IMG/VR virus record: IMGVR_UViG_3300048591_000212 | DNA: 64,000 nucleotides | Source of the DNA: a virus | Lineage: Duplodnaviria > Heunggongvirae > Uroviricota > Caudoviricetes | Reading direction: 5' to 3' (one strand) | In this document: piece after piece, positions 27,432-36,687 of the stretch | How the letters are laid out: each line of letters starts with the position of its first letter | Position numbering within the stretch: position 1 is the stretch's first letter | Made by a program: the position numbers and the translations under genes | Notes under the pieces: model-generated | Told to the model about the DNA's origin: nothing | What the model saw: only the letters and a program-made list of their open reading frames with translations | Databases searched by the model: none

Positions 27432-28255
27432 GAATTAAGTACTATCTTTTTGAAGGAACCTTTTCCTCATTCTCTGTTTCCGAAAATTCCTTAAATCTAA
27501 TTGAGGAATATCAGAACGGAAGAAACAATTTATCCGAAAAGATAGTAAATCCGACGGCACGAGAAAATATTCATGTGTCTATGATCTTCTCCCCGGATAA
27601 GGAAGTTGATCCTTCCTATGAAAAATATGCCGAAAAGAGAGACTCTTCCAACAAGATTCGTCTGGAGAAGGAAACCTTTGCCCTCAATTTTCGACACTAT
27701 GGTTCGGCCTTGGCCCTGACCTTTAAGTCCCGCCGCCTCGAAAACGAATTTCGTAGAATATTCAATATTAAGGGGGACGTGATTAATCTGAAGTATGTAA
27801 ACCCAAGGGATCTTCATGATCGGTCCATTTTCGGCCTAAGTCCGAATGATTACAAATACGCCTCATTCAAGTCTCATATTTCCTTGTCCTATTCGGCATC
27901 TAAAAATCTTCACCTGAAACGGGCTGGTCTGATGCCACCCAATTTTGATATTGTTCTGGATTCGGAATCACTTGAGGAATACAAGGAAAAGGTCATGTAT
28001 GCCACCGAGGACGGAGAGGTAGCCAATGTAACTGCCAATGTTGCCACGGTCGAAAAGCCTCTTCAGACTCAAAAAAGAAAGAAGCCGAATGATATCAAAA
28101 CCTTTGTTGCGGTTGATAATGAAACATGGAAAAATCATAAATATAAATTGATTGAAGAAAGCAACTACCTGTTACAGAATATTCAGTCTCCGATAGTCCT
28201 ATTGAATGATGACACCGGAGAGACCACCTATATTAAATATGGAAAGTTGGTATGA
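27428..28255 (+). CDS. hypothetical late protein
   Basis: 275 aa; LFEG N-terminal site; C-terminal NVTANVA and PIVLLNDDTGE. Confidence 0.6.
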   Translation: MRIKYYLFEGTFSSFSVSENSLNLIEEYQNGRNNLSEKIVNPTARENIHVSMIFSPDKEVDPSYEKYAEKRDSSNKIRLEKETFALNFRHYGSALALTFKSRRLENEFRRIFNIKGDVINLKYVNPRDLHDRSIFGLSPNDYKYASFKSHISLSYSASKNLHLKRAGLMPPNFDIVLDSESLEEYKEKVMYATEDGEVANVTANVATVEKPLQTQKRKKPNDIKTFVAVDNETWKNHKYKLIEESNYLLQNIQSPIVLLNDDTGETTYIKYGKLV

Positions 28256-28280
28256 CTAGTTAGTAGAGAATAGATATGTC

Positions 28281-28799
28281 ATGGAAAAGAATACCATTAC
28301 CAAAACATGCGAAACCACAATAAATGATCATCTATGCCCCTTTACCGAAAAATTCGAAGATACGAAAAAGTACCAAATGCAACTTCAAAAACAGATAAAC
28401 GATATCAATAAAAACATTAATGATATTGACAGAAAGATTGATTCCAACCAAAAGGACACGGCAAATGCCTTGGCTCTTTATCATAAGGAAAGCGAAATCT
28501 ACGCCCAAAAGGTCATAGAACATTCGGAGCGTCTTTCTACTCTGCCGGACATTTTGAATGACCTGAAGATTATTCTGGCGAAGATTTCTTCCGAGGCCAG
28601 TTTTTCTAATAGCAAAATTGATAAGCTGGAGAGAATTTTCGAGAATCATGAAAAGGAAGTCAAAGATCGGGAAAAGACCATTCAGACCATTAAGGACGAG
28701 ACCAACAAAAGAATCGACAAACTGGAGAAATTTCAGTATTGGATGTTGGGTGGTATGGCGGTAGTGGCCCTTGTTTTGAGAATGTTTTTTGGTGGATAA
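28281..28799 (+). CDS. coiled-coil protein with C-terminal TM anchor
   Basis: Heptads followed by YWMLGGMAVVALVLRMFF. Confidence 0.65.
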   Translation: MEKNTITKTCETTINDHLCPFTEKFEDTKKYQMQLQKQINDINKNINDIDRKIDSNQKDTANALALYHKESEIYAQKVIEHSERLSTLPDILNDLKIILAKISSEASFSNSKIDKLERIFENHEKEVKDREKTIQTIKDETNKRIDKLEKFQYWMLGGMAVVALVLRMFFGG

Positions 28800-28807
28800 G
28801 GTATTTT

Positions 28808-29395
28808 ATGAGGAATCATCTAAGGCACATCATCACCGAAAGATTTTCTGATTATTCAAAACATTCTCAAAATTGGATTGACCTGAAGCAACAAGAATTG
28901 GAGAAAGATCAGGAACTAAAGAAAGAGCTTTTCGATCTAATAGATAAGTCCTATTCCTATATCGGTGGTCACGTGAACATCAAAGATCCGGCTGATATTC
29001 CAGCAGATTATACCATCTGGGTTTCGAGAGACGTTGACGGAGACGACGAACCTGATGTGGTCAAGTTTGCAAAATACACTCCATTCGGAATCAAGTGGGC
29101 TGGTTCGGCAACCGATGGAACCAGAGAGGCCAAGACGGAGTTAGTACAAAAAACCGTGAATCTTCTTTTCCAAAAAGGAAACTATGCCGAAGTGTCTGGT
29201 GCCATTGCTCATATTCTTTTGAAGAAATTTGGTGTGCCAGAGGTCAATGATCCAGAATTGGTGAGAGATATTTTAGGAAAAGAAGTAGAATGGGTGGGCA
29301 AACACCCAGAAGGTTTATACCCAGAATATTCGGGCTGGTACTATCGAAAATTCAGTGATGGTCATAAACACATGAAAATTCTCGTCGGCAATTAA
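28808..29395 (+). CDS. hypothetical protein with capsid-targeting-like N-terminus
   Basis: MRNHLRHIITE|RF; LIDKSYSYIGGH..DVDGDDEPD..ATDG..YYRK. Confidence 0.65.
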   Translation: MRNHLRHIITERFSDYSKHSQNWIDLKQQELEKDQELKKELFDLIDKSYSYIGGHVNIKDPADIPADYTIWVSRDVDGDDEPDVVKFAKYTPFGIKWAGSATDGTREAKTELVQKTVNLLFQKGNYAEVSGAIAHILLKKFGVPEVNDPELVRDILGKEVEWVGKHPEGLYPEYSGWYYRKFSDGHKHMKILVGN

Positions 29396-29428
29396 AATAT
29401 AGACAAATACCACTAGATATGGTATGAT
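29396..29428 (+). promoter_or_regulatory. candidate middle-class promoter
   Basis: AATATAGACAAAT; TAGACA-17-TATGAT. Confidence 0.65.
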
Positions 29429-29436
29429 TGTATTTT

Positions 29437-30063
29437 GTGAACACAATGACCAAAAAACGAGAAAAAATAAAAAACAGAAAGACGGACAGAGACTATGTGG
29501 ATAATAAGTCCATGACTCGCTCCCTCTCAGAGTACAAAAGACAGAGAATTCATGCCGAACAGAATGGTCTTCCGAAGCCAAAGGTGCCAGAGGATGTCGG
29601 GACCGCAATCATAAAGATTGCCGAGAACCTAGCCAAGAAGCCAATGTTCTCAGGTTATACCTACAAGGAAGACATGATCGGGGACGGAATTATTAACTGT
29701 CTGCTCTATATAGACAACTTCGATCCAGACATTTCAAGTAATAGTTTTTCGTACTTTACTCGAATTATCTGGAATGCCTTTCTGAGACGCCTCGAAGCCG
29801 AACAGAAAGAGTCCTATGTAAAGTTTAAGTCCCTGACAAACACCAACCTATTCAACAGCATGGAAGGTGAGGACAATAAGAACGTGAATCTTCTGAAGAC
29901 TGTCCTCAACGAAAATACTGATGGTATTATCACGAAATTTGAGACTCGCATGGAAAACAAAAAGAACAAAAGAAAGGCCGCGATTGCAGAGGCCGCACTT
30001 ACCAGCGTTCAGGTAAGTACATTATTTGACGAGGATATTAATGAGAACTCTTCTACTGACTGA
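29437..30063 (+). CDS. gp55: late-transcription sigma factor gp55
   Basis: DYVDNK..IGTAIIKIAENLAKKPMFSGYTYKEDMIGDGIINC..NFDP..FSYFTRII.NAFLRR...EQK; start codon uncertain (29428, 29437 or 29446). Confidence 0.95.
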   Translation: MNTMTKKREKIKNRKTDRDYVDNKSMTRSLSEYKRQRIHAEQNGLPKPKVPEDVGTAIIKIAENLAKKPMFSGYTYKEDMIGDGIINCLLYIDNFDPDISSNSFSYFTRIIWNAFLRRLEAEQKESYVKFKSLTNTNLFNSMEGEDNKNVNLLKTVLNENTDGIITKFETRMENKKNKRKAAIAEAALTSVQVSTLFDEDINENSSTD

Positions 30064-31117
30064 TACTCATTTTGGGGCCAAAAAGAACTCAGAGATTTTT
30101 TTAGAATACTTTGCCAAATGCTTTCAGGAAACAATTCTTCCAAAGATTCGGGAATACAATCCAGACAAGATTATTCATCTCGGTGACGTATTCGATGAAC
30201 GAAAGTCAATTAATGTAAATACTCTAAGTTTCGTCTATAAAAACATTTTTGATCATCTTCGAGACTATCCGCTGGATATTATCGTCGGCAACCATGACTG
30301 CGCCTTTCGAAATACCAATGATGTGAATAGTCCGTCTCTGCTTCTTGAGGACTATGATAATATTCGAGTGTTTTCGGAGACGACAGAGGTTGACGGAATC
30401 CTATATATTCCGTGGATCAATTCGAGCAATGAAAAGGAATCCAAGGAAAGAATTTGGACCTCGGAGTGTAATCTGGCAATGGGTCATCTTGAATTAAATG
30501 GCTATGTCATGCACAGCGGAGTCTTATGTGAATCAGGCCACAACCCAGATATTCTTCATAAATTCGACATGGTTCTAAGTGGACACTTTCACACCAAAAA
30601 CTCCAAGGATAATATTCATTATCTGGGATCGCCTTGGGACATTCTGTTCAATGATATGAGTCTGGTGAAGTGCTTTCATACTCTGGATACCGAAACTCTG
30701 GAACTGGATTCATTTGAGAATCCTCATAAGATATATACTCGAATTTTCTATAATGACTTTGAACGAGAGAAATTCGAAGATGTTTATCCGAATGAGGAAA
30801 CACTTCAATCCATTCAGAATACATTCCTGAGAGTATTCGTCACGAATAAAAACAATCCAGTCTGGTATGATCGCTTTCGGGACATGATCTATGAGGCTGG
30901 CGCGGCCTCGGTTCTGTTTGATGAATTAGACGACACGACGGGAGAAGAGCTTAAAAAGATGACCTCTGCCCAGATTGAGAAATATATCAAGCAGGATACT
31001 CTTTCGATTATTCGAAATTCCGTAAGCGAGTATGAACAGTTATTTCCAGACAAAGAAAAACAAAAAAAGGCCGAAAACATTTTAACTGATATGTACATGA
31101 GGGCGCTCCAACTATGA
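30041..31117 (+). CDS. gp47: recombination endonuclease gp47 (Mre11/SbcD-like)
   Basis: LTDTHFG, HLGDVFD, IVGNHD, MGHLEL.G, SGHFH, YLGSP. Confidence 0.95.
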   Translation: MRTLLLTDTHFGAKKNSEIFLEYFAKCFQETILPKIREYNPDKIIHLGDVFDERKSINVNTLSFVYKNIFDHLRDYPLDIIVGNHDCAFRNTNDVNSPSLLLEDYDNIRVFSETTEVDGILYIPWINSSNEKESKERIWTSECNLAMGHLELNGYVMHSGVLCESGHNPDILHKFDMVLSGHFHTKNSKDNIHYLGSPWDILFNDMSLVKCFHTLDTETLELDSFENPHKIYTRIFYNDFEREKFEDVYPNEETLQSIQNTFLRVFVTNKNNPVWYDRFRDMIYEAGAASVLFDELDDTTGEELKKMTSAQIEKYIKQDTLSIIRNSVSEYEQLFPDKEKQKKAENILTDMYMRALQL

Positions 31118-31365
31118 CAATCTTCGAGAAGATTCGATACAAGAATATTCTTTCTATTGGTAATACAGCAGTCGAGGTTAATCTAAAAGAATTTTCAACA
31201 AATGTGATTCTCGGTAAGAATAACGGAGTAGGTAAGTCGAACGGATGCGGCAAGTGTCTTCGTGGTTCGACCGAAATAGACATAGAATTTTCTGATGAGG
31301 AAACGAAGAGAAAATTCTTAGCGTTTCTTTCCGATACCGTTACAAAATCAAAAGATTATAAATAA
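31114..31365 (+). CDS. gp46: gp46 (Rad50/SbcC-like) N-terminal piece plus 36-aa N-intein
   Basis: FEKIRYKNILSIGN..NVILGKNNGVGKSNGCGK, then CLRGSTEIDI and stop. Confidence 0.9.
   Translation: MTIFEKIRYKNILSIGNTAVEVNLKEFSTNVILGKNNGVGKSNGCGKCLRGSTEIDIEFSDEETKRKFLAFLSDTVTKSKDYK
31255..31362 (+). mobile_element. split intein N-half (36 aa) in gp46
   Basis: Block A CLRGST directly follows the Walker A Lys. Confidence 0.85.
31357..31364 (+). promoter_or_regulatory. late promoter TATAAATA for the endonuclease gene
   Basis: Formed by the last codons and stop (TAT AAA TAA) of gp46-N; ATG 31370 is the 6th nt downstream. Confidence 0.65.
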
Positions 31366-31369
31366 TGGT

Positions 31370-32422
31370 ATGGGAAAACACGCTAGTCCATTTTCATTAG
31401 AGTTTTGGTTGTCTAAAGGTTTGACGCCGGAAGAAGCCGAATATAAAAGAAATTCCATCAGACCAATTAAAAAGGAATACTGGATGGAAAAGGGATTTTC
31501 CGAAGAAGAAGCGACGGCATTAGCTAAAAATAAAAAAGAGCAGAACAATCGCGCTGGCGCTGAAAAGAGTAAAAATAGAACCCAAACCGAAATTAGACAA
31601 GCCAATGCAAGATGTGTTGAATATTGGATTCATCGATACGGACAAACTCCCGAAGAAGCAAGGCTATCGGTGAGCAGACAACAGTCCACATTTTCTCTGG
31701 AAAAGTGTGTATTGAAATATGGAGTCGAAGAGGGTCAACGAATATGGAGCGAACGCCAGCAAAAATGGCAAGACACCCTAAACTCTAAAAGCACAGAAGA
31801 AAGGAAAATCATTGACAAGAAAAAGAAAAGTATAATTTTATATGATAATGTACCAAAAAGCGAAACCATTTCGATTCTCAAAAGAACTAGGAACATGGAT
31901 TTGGTTGAGACGACAGAACAACTAATAAACAAAATTGAAAATGATTTACGAAACAATCCACTCAAAAGATATTATCTTATCGAAAAGTATATTGATGATA
32001 TACCAACAATTCAATTTGAGATTATTGGAGAAGATTCGACATCAATTTTACCGAAAATAAAAGATTTGTTTTCAAAAAAAGCCAATCTCTTAAAGAGAGG
32101 AAACCGACAGGCGTGGAGACGTTGGGAGAAGGAAGGATTGCTCAGGTCGTCATTTGAAATATATTTTTATGATAGATTTACGGACAAATTTCCAGATAAA
32201 GAAATTAAAATCGATAAGAAATATCCGAACTCTTCAATGAGATATGACTTTTCATTTGATGATAAATTTGTGGAAATATGTCCCTTATATGGAGTAGACA
32301 AAAAATATACAACGAAAATGCAAAAGAAGAAACAATTATTTGGATGTGTTCTTCTTTCTAATATTGAACAAATAGATCGTTTTATTGACACTTATGAAAA
32401 CAACATTAAAAAACATAATTGA
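31370..32422 (+). CDS. free-standing homing endonuclease (PD-(D/E)xK / Vsr-like C-domain)
   Basis: Repeated EYW..kG.seEEA helical units; C-terminal RSSFE..RYDF..KFVEI; sits between the split-intein halves. Confidence 0.75.
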   Translation: MGKHASPFSLEFWLSKGLTPEEAEYKRNSIRPIKKEYWMEKGFSEEEATALAKNKKEQNNRAGAEKSKNRTQTEIRQANARCVEYWIHRYGQTPEEARLSVSRQQSTFSLEKCVLKYGVEEGQRIWSERQQKWQDTLNSKSTEERKIIDKKKKSIILYDNVPKSETISILKRTRNMDLVETTEQLINKIENDLRNNPLKRYYLIEKYIDDIPTIQFEIIGEDSTSILPKIKDLFSKKANLLKRGNRQAWRRWEKEGLLRSSFEIYFYDRFTDKFPDKEIKIDKKYPNSSMRYDFSFDDKFVEICPLYGVDKKYTTKMQKKKQLFGCVLLSNIEQIDRFIDTYENNIKKHN

Positions 32423-32762
32423 CTTCTATAATGAATATCCAGAAGAAATTGGCAACATTTCAGTATTGGGTCGCTTTGGTTATAAAACCATTGAGTTTGC
32501 TGACACCACGGCCTTCGATAGTGAAGTCATTCGCGTCGAAACGGAGTCAGGAAAATTCATAGAAGGTTCACCAGAACACTTATTACTCAGTGAAGACAAT
32601 TGGAAAAAGATTAATGAGTTATCCGTCGGCATGTGTATTGAAACTGAATTCGGCCCCGAAGAAGTAGTATCAATTTTGAGACTACCAGAAACAGAAGACC
32701 TTTATGATTTACAGGTTGCCGATGTCAAGGAATTTTACGCAAATGGCATTGTGTCACACAAT
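32394..32762 (+). mobile_element. split intein C-half in gp46
   Basis: Block B EGSPEHLLL; blocks F/G LYDLQV..FYANGIVSHN; +1 residue Ser. Confidence 0.9.
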
Positions 32763-34361
32763 TCGACCTTCATCGAGGCCATTACTTTTGCCCTGTACGG
32801 AAAACCATTTCGAAATATCAACAAGCCTCAGCTAGTCAATAGTCGTAATGGTGGAGACCTTCTTACTGAAATTGAATTTTCTACCAATGGCAAATCATAT
32901 AAAGTAATTCGAGGAATCAAGCCCAATATTTTCGAAGTCTATGAAAACGGTAAACTACTGAACCAACCATCCGAATCCAAGGACTATCAGGATATTCTTG
33001 AGAACAAGATTCTGAAAATGAATTACCGGGCCTTTACTCATATCGTGGTCATTGGAAATGCAATTCATACTCCGTTCATGCAGTTGAAACCAGCCGAGCG
33101 TCGAGGAATTATCGAGAATCTTCTGGATATTGATATATTTTCGAAAATGAATGTTGTCCTTAAACAGCAGATATCCGACCTGAAGATTCAATTAGACGAA
33201 TGTCAGACCGAGCATCGGCTGGTCTCCGAGAAGATCAAAATTCATGAAAAGACTCTTCAAAATTCTCGAAATAATATCGACGCCAAGATCGATAAGAATA
33301 ATATGGATATTCAAAATCTTCAGAATACCCTAGAGATCAAGCAGTCCAATCTAGCCGAACTTCAACAAAATGTTCTGGATATTTCAGAATATTCTAAGAC
33401 GCTCAAGAAGACCAATGAGAAAATTATGAAGGTGCGGGAATTTCGGTCATCCTTTGAAACTACCATTCGAGCCTTGAATAAGGATATTGAGTTTGTGTCA
33501 AATAATGAGGAGTGTTCCTCTTGTCATAGAGAGTTTTCTGAGTACTACCGGGCCGAGTTTCTGTCCGAGAAAAATCAGGAACACCAGAAGTTTACAGAGG
33601 CTCTATCCAAGTCCGAGGATAAACTGAAAGAATTGTTGGACGAATTGAACTCAATTTCAGAAATTATGTCCCAACAGAACGACATTTCACAGAGAATTAC
33701 TAAAATTCAGGCCGATATCTCCTCTATTGAAAAAGAGATTTCGGTTATCATGAAGACGAATGAAACTCTGCTGAAGGAGAGCCGAAATGATCTGAAAGAG
33801 ACTCAGGCCGAATATGATGCCCTCAATTCGGAACTGGCGGAATATTCCAGAAAAAAGGAATCCCTGATTGAGGAAAATCATATTCATTCTCTGGTATCAG
33901 TGATGCTCAAGGATGACGGAATTAAGACCCGAATTATCAAGAACTACTTGCCGGAAATGAATCGTCTGATTAATCGGTACATGAAGATGATGGACTTTCA
34001 TGTGTCCTTTAATCTGGAAGAGAACTTTTCCGAGACAATCAAGACCGCCAACAGGGAATCCTTTTCCTATAATTCCTTTTCAGAGGGAGAAAAAATGCGA
34101 ATCGACTTGGCGATTCTGTTCACATGGAGAGAAATCGCCCGCATCAAGAACTCTGCCAACACGAATCTTCTGATTCTGGACGAAGTATTTGATTCCTCTC
34201 TGGACTCCAATGGCATCGAGGACTTCATGAGAATCATCAATTCCTTTGGACATAAGATGAATATTTTCATCATTTCCCACAAGGAAGAAGTGCTGTCGGA
34301 TCGGTTTCAGAATACAATTAAGTTCGAAAAAGTGAAGGGCTTTACTCGAAGAGTGGCCTAA
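32394..34361 (+). CDS. gp46: 123-aa C-intein plus C-terminal piece of gp46
   Basis: VSHN|STFIEAITFALYGKPFRNINKPQLVN; coiled coil, CSSC hook, FSEGEKMRIDLA, LILDEVFDSSLD, ISH. Confidence 0.95.
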   Translation: MKTTLKNIIDFYNEYPEEIGNISVLGRFGYKTIEFADTTAFDSEVIRVETESGKFIEGSPEHLLLSEDNWKKINELSVGMCIETEFGPEEVVSILRLPETEDLYDLQVADVKEFYANGIVSHNSTFIEAITFALYGKPFRNINKPQLVNSRNGGDLLTEIEFSTNGKSYKVIRGIKPNIFEVYENGKLLNQPSESKDYQDILENKILKMNYRAFTHIVVIGNAIHTPFMQLKPAERRGIIENLLDIDIFSKMNVVLKQQISDLKIQLDECQTEHRLVSEKIKIHEKTLQNSRNNIDAKIDKNNMDIQNLQNTLEIKQSNLAELQQNVLDISEYSKTLKKTNEKIMKVREFRSSFETTIRALNKDIEFVSNNEECSSCHREFSEYYRAEFLSEKNQEHQKFTEALSKSEDKLKELLDELNSISEIMSQQNDISQRITKIQADISSIEKEISVIMKTNETLLKESRNDLKETQAEYDALNSELAEYSRKKESLIEENHIHSLVSVMLKDDGIKTRIIKNYLPEMNRLINRYMKMMDFHVSFNLEENFSETIKTANRESFSYNSFSEGEKMRIDLAILFTWREIARIKNSANTNLLILDEVFDSSLDSNGIEDFMRIINSFGHKMNIFIISHKEEVLSDRFQNTIKFEKVKGFTRRVA

Positions 34362-34882
34362 TCCTTTAGTGCCACAATTGCATTTGTGGTCCCCTTGACT
34401 CTGGAAAAAGAACCAAGTACTTTTTTAAGCAGAGGAAAATATTCCTTTAATTTTTTATTGTGTTGGAAACCTTTTGTTGTCTTTTTGCCCTCACCGGACT
34501 CGTCTCCAATATAAACAGACACATAAATTTTTCCGCCGTCTTTGGTAAGTTTCTTAGCAAGCCGCAATACTTCTTCTTGGGCATCATCCTCCTGAATAAC
34601 ATTCAGAACATTATTCACTGTGGAAGTGTCGAACGGAGCCTTGGATAAAACCATTGAGTTATGTTTTTCGGAACGATTGTACTGATCATAAACATAATTT
34701 TCAACTCCTTTAGACTCAAGAAATTCGGTGGCGAGATCATATTTTCCGCCACCGATATCTATATTGGTTGTTCCTTCTTTCCATTCGACCTTTTTGAATA
34801 ATGCTGCAACAATTTTCTGAGATGTGTCGGCAGAAGATATTTCTTGTTTAGTCTCAACCAAAAATGTGTTGAATGTTTTCAT
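34358..34882 (-). CDS. class I SAM-dependent methyltransferase with capsid-targeting-like N-terminus
   Basis: MKTFNTFLVE; NIDIGGGKY, YVYDQYN, NNVLNVI. Confidence 0.75.
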   Translation of the reverse strand: MKTFNTFLVETKQEISSADTSQKIVAALFKKVEWKEGTTNIDIGGGKYDLATEFLESKGVENYVYDQYNRSEKHNSMVLSKAPFDTSTVNNVLNVIQEDDAQEEVLRLAKKLTKDGGKIYVSVYIGDESGEGKKTTKGFQHNKKLKEYFPLLKKVLGSFSRVKGTTNAIVALKD

Positions 34883-34883
34883 G

Positions 34884-36098
34884 TTAGTGAGCCAGAAGGT
34901 ATGTCCCAAGAACATCCTTACGATTTGCTGCATCGTCTCCGTCTTTTGTCATAACAATAACATTCCATTTCTGTTTATCACCAACAGGAGTATCCATCAT
35001 CTCAGAATAGGTCAGAATGGTGTCTCGATCTATATTATATTTCTCAGCAATTCGATCCTTTAGAGTCTCAATCTTTTCGGGATCTTCAACTCTATTCGTT
35101 CCTTTCTTGGTAACTAAATCATTAAATAGATCACTCTTAACAACCTTTGAGTGTTTGATATTTACAAAATCAATTTTCTTTTGTTGTTGTGGAGTTGCGC
35201 CTTGTGAAAAATTGATAGTAAAGTTTTCTGGTTTATCGGACGTAGCCACATCAGCCATCTTCGTGTAGGCATAAAAATCAACATTAGGAAACTTTTCTGC
35301 TACAGCATAGGCCAATTTTAGATAGTCTGGCGAGAAGAAATCTCCAGCATCATGCCAACGAATCACGATTTTGATTCCCTTCTTACCTTTATTTTTCACT
35401 TCTTTGGTTATCTCTGTCTCTAATTGTTTCTTGAATCCTTCTGGATCATTTACTAAAAAATTCAGAATTCTTGTCTGGGAAATAGATGATGCCGTATACT
35501 GAACAAATCCACCCTTGGTGGCATAGCAGAATACTTTACACTCTCCAGCACCGGGACATGTATTTACTACAACAAATTCTTTCTTTTTTTCATCAAAAAC
35601 CAATCCCTTAATTGCAGGAAGGCCGACGTTGTAGAACATACTATAGGTTCCGTCGCTGTGTTCCATTTTTTCATTTTGTTTTAATATATTTTTGGGGCGA
35701 ATTGTTATTTGTTTGGCTAACTTATCCAAGTCATATTCTTTCTTGGTATCTTCATCTTTAATGATAATTCTTGGTGCCTTGTAGGATTTCGAGTCAACCC
35801 CAACAATATTCGATTTATGAATATAGGGCATCTTGTATTTGTCGCCTTTTTCCTTTTCTCCAGAAACAACTTTATCTAGGTAGCCACTAAGTTTATCCTT
35901 CGAAAGAGTATCCCGCTCGATACCCAAGAGATTGTCATCTTTGGCCTCATCAATTTTTTCGTCTGGATCAACTCCGGTTTCGCTTCTGACGAAATCTTCC
36001 AGACTCATAAAATCGAAGCCGGAAATGTAAGAAGACTCACCATCTTTCTTTTCTGTGACAACACCTTCCGACAAAATGAAATCTTTTAATCTTTTCAT
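34884..36098 (-). CDS. GP88-like (radical-SAM-related) protein with capsid-targeting-like N-terminus
   Basis: MKRLKDFILSE; TCPGAGECKVFCYA Cys cluster, IRWHDAGDF, FYAYTK. Confidence 0.75.
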   Translation of the reverse strand: MKRLKDFILSEGVVTEKKDGESSYISGFDFMSLEDFVRSETGVDPDEKIDEAKDDNLLGIERDTLSKDKLSGYLDKVVSGEKEKGDKYKMPYIHKSNIVGVDSKSYKAPRIIIKDEDTKKEYDLDKLAKQITIRPKNILKQNEKMEHSDGTYSMFYNVGLPAIKGLVFDEKKKEFVVVNTCPGAGECKVFCYATKGGFVQYTASSISQTRILNFLVNDPEGFKKQLETEITKEVKNKGKKGIKIVIRWHDAGDFFSPDYLKLAYAVAEKFPNVDFYAYTKMADVATSDKPENFTINFSQGATPQQQKKIDFVNIKHSKVVKSDLFNDLVTKKGTNRVEDPEKIETLKDRIAEKYNIDRDTILTYSEMMDTPVGDKQKWNVIVMTKDGDDAANRKDVLGTYLLAH

Positions 36099-36105
36099 AT
36101 AAACA

Positions 36106-36161
36106 AAATTCCTCTGTATTATTTACTATTTCCAAGTAGTATTTATAATACAGAGGAATTT
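36106..36161 (-). promoter_or_regulatory. 16-bp RBS-sequestering hairpin containing a late promoter
   Basis: aaattcctctgtatta/taatacagaggaattt; minus-strand TATAAATA at 36147-36140; SD GAGG lies in the 3' arm. Confidence 0.8.
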
Positions 36162-36173
36162 CGAAATTTATGT

Positions 36174-36653
36174 TTAATTATCTGAAATCAGTCGATAAAA
36201 GACATGATTGCCAACAATCTTTGTCTTTTCTATGTTCATTCTCCACCCCGGTTCAATACTCTTTTCATGAAAAAATGTGGAACCATTGGTAGGATCTTTA
36301 TATAGATTGAAGTTTTCGGCAACGTACAACGACTCTTTCCATCGCCAGTCTTGGTCAGAAATGGGATGAAGGCTCTGATAATAATCGTTGCTCGTCCAGC
36401 TAAATTGCTTTCGTTGGTAAACTACTTCACAATAATTCACTGGAAATACTGAAGATTTCATTCTGTTATGTGTCACATAGGCAACAGCAATCTTTCCCTG
36501 AATCGACTCAGAGCCGGATTCATAGAAGATATTTTTTGCCAGACATGACAGATTTTTGGTTCTTTCGGCTTTCGAGGAGTCTGTTCCGGTCATGGTCTGA
36601 GAACCAATTCCGGCGCAGAACACCAAGGCCAAGAGAACTACTTTAAGTAACAT
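36174..36653 (-). CDS. SleB-like cell-wall hydrolase
   Basis: Signal peptide; CLAKNIFYESGSE..GKIAVAYVTHNR..CEVVYQ..QFSW..GSTFFH..VGNHVFY. Confidence 0.9.
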   Translation of the reverse strand: MLLKVVLLALVFCAGIGSQTMTGTDSSKAERTKNLSCLAKNIFYESGSESIQGKIAVAYVTHNRMKSSVFPVNYCEVVYQRKQFSWTSNDYYQSLHPISDQDWRWKESLYVAENFNLYKDPTNGSTFFHEKSIEPGWRMNIEKTKIVGNHVFYRLISDN

Positions 36654-36687
36654 TATTGAATTTTCTTCTCCTATTCTCTAAAAGTAA

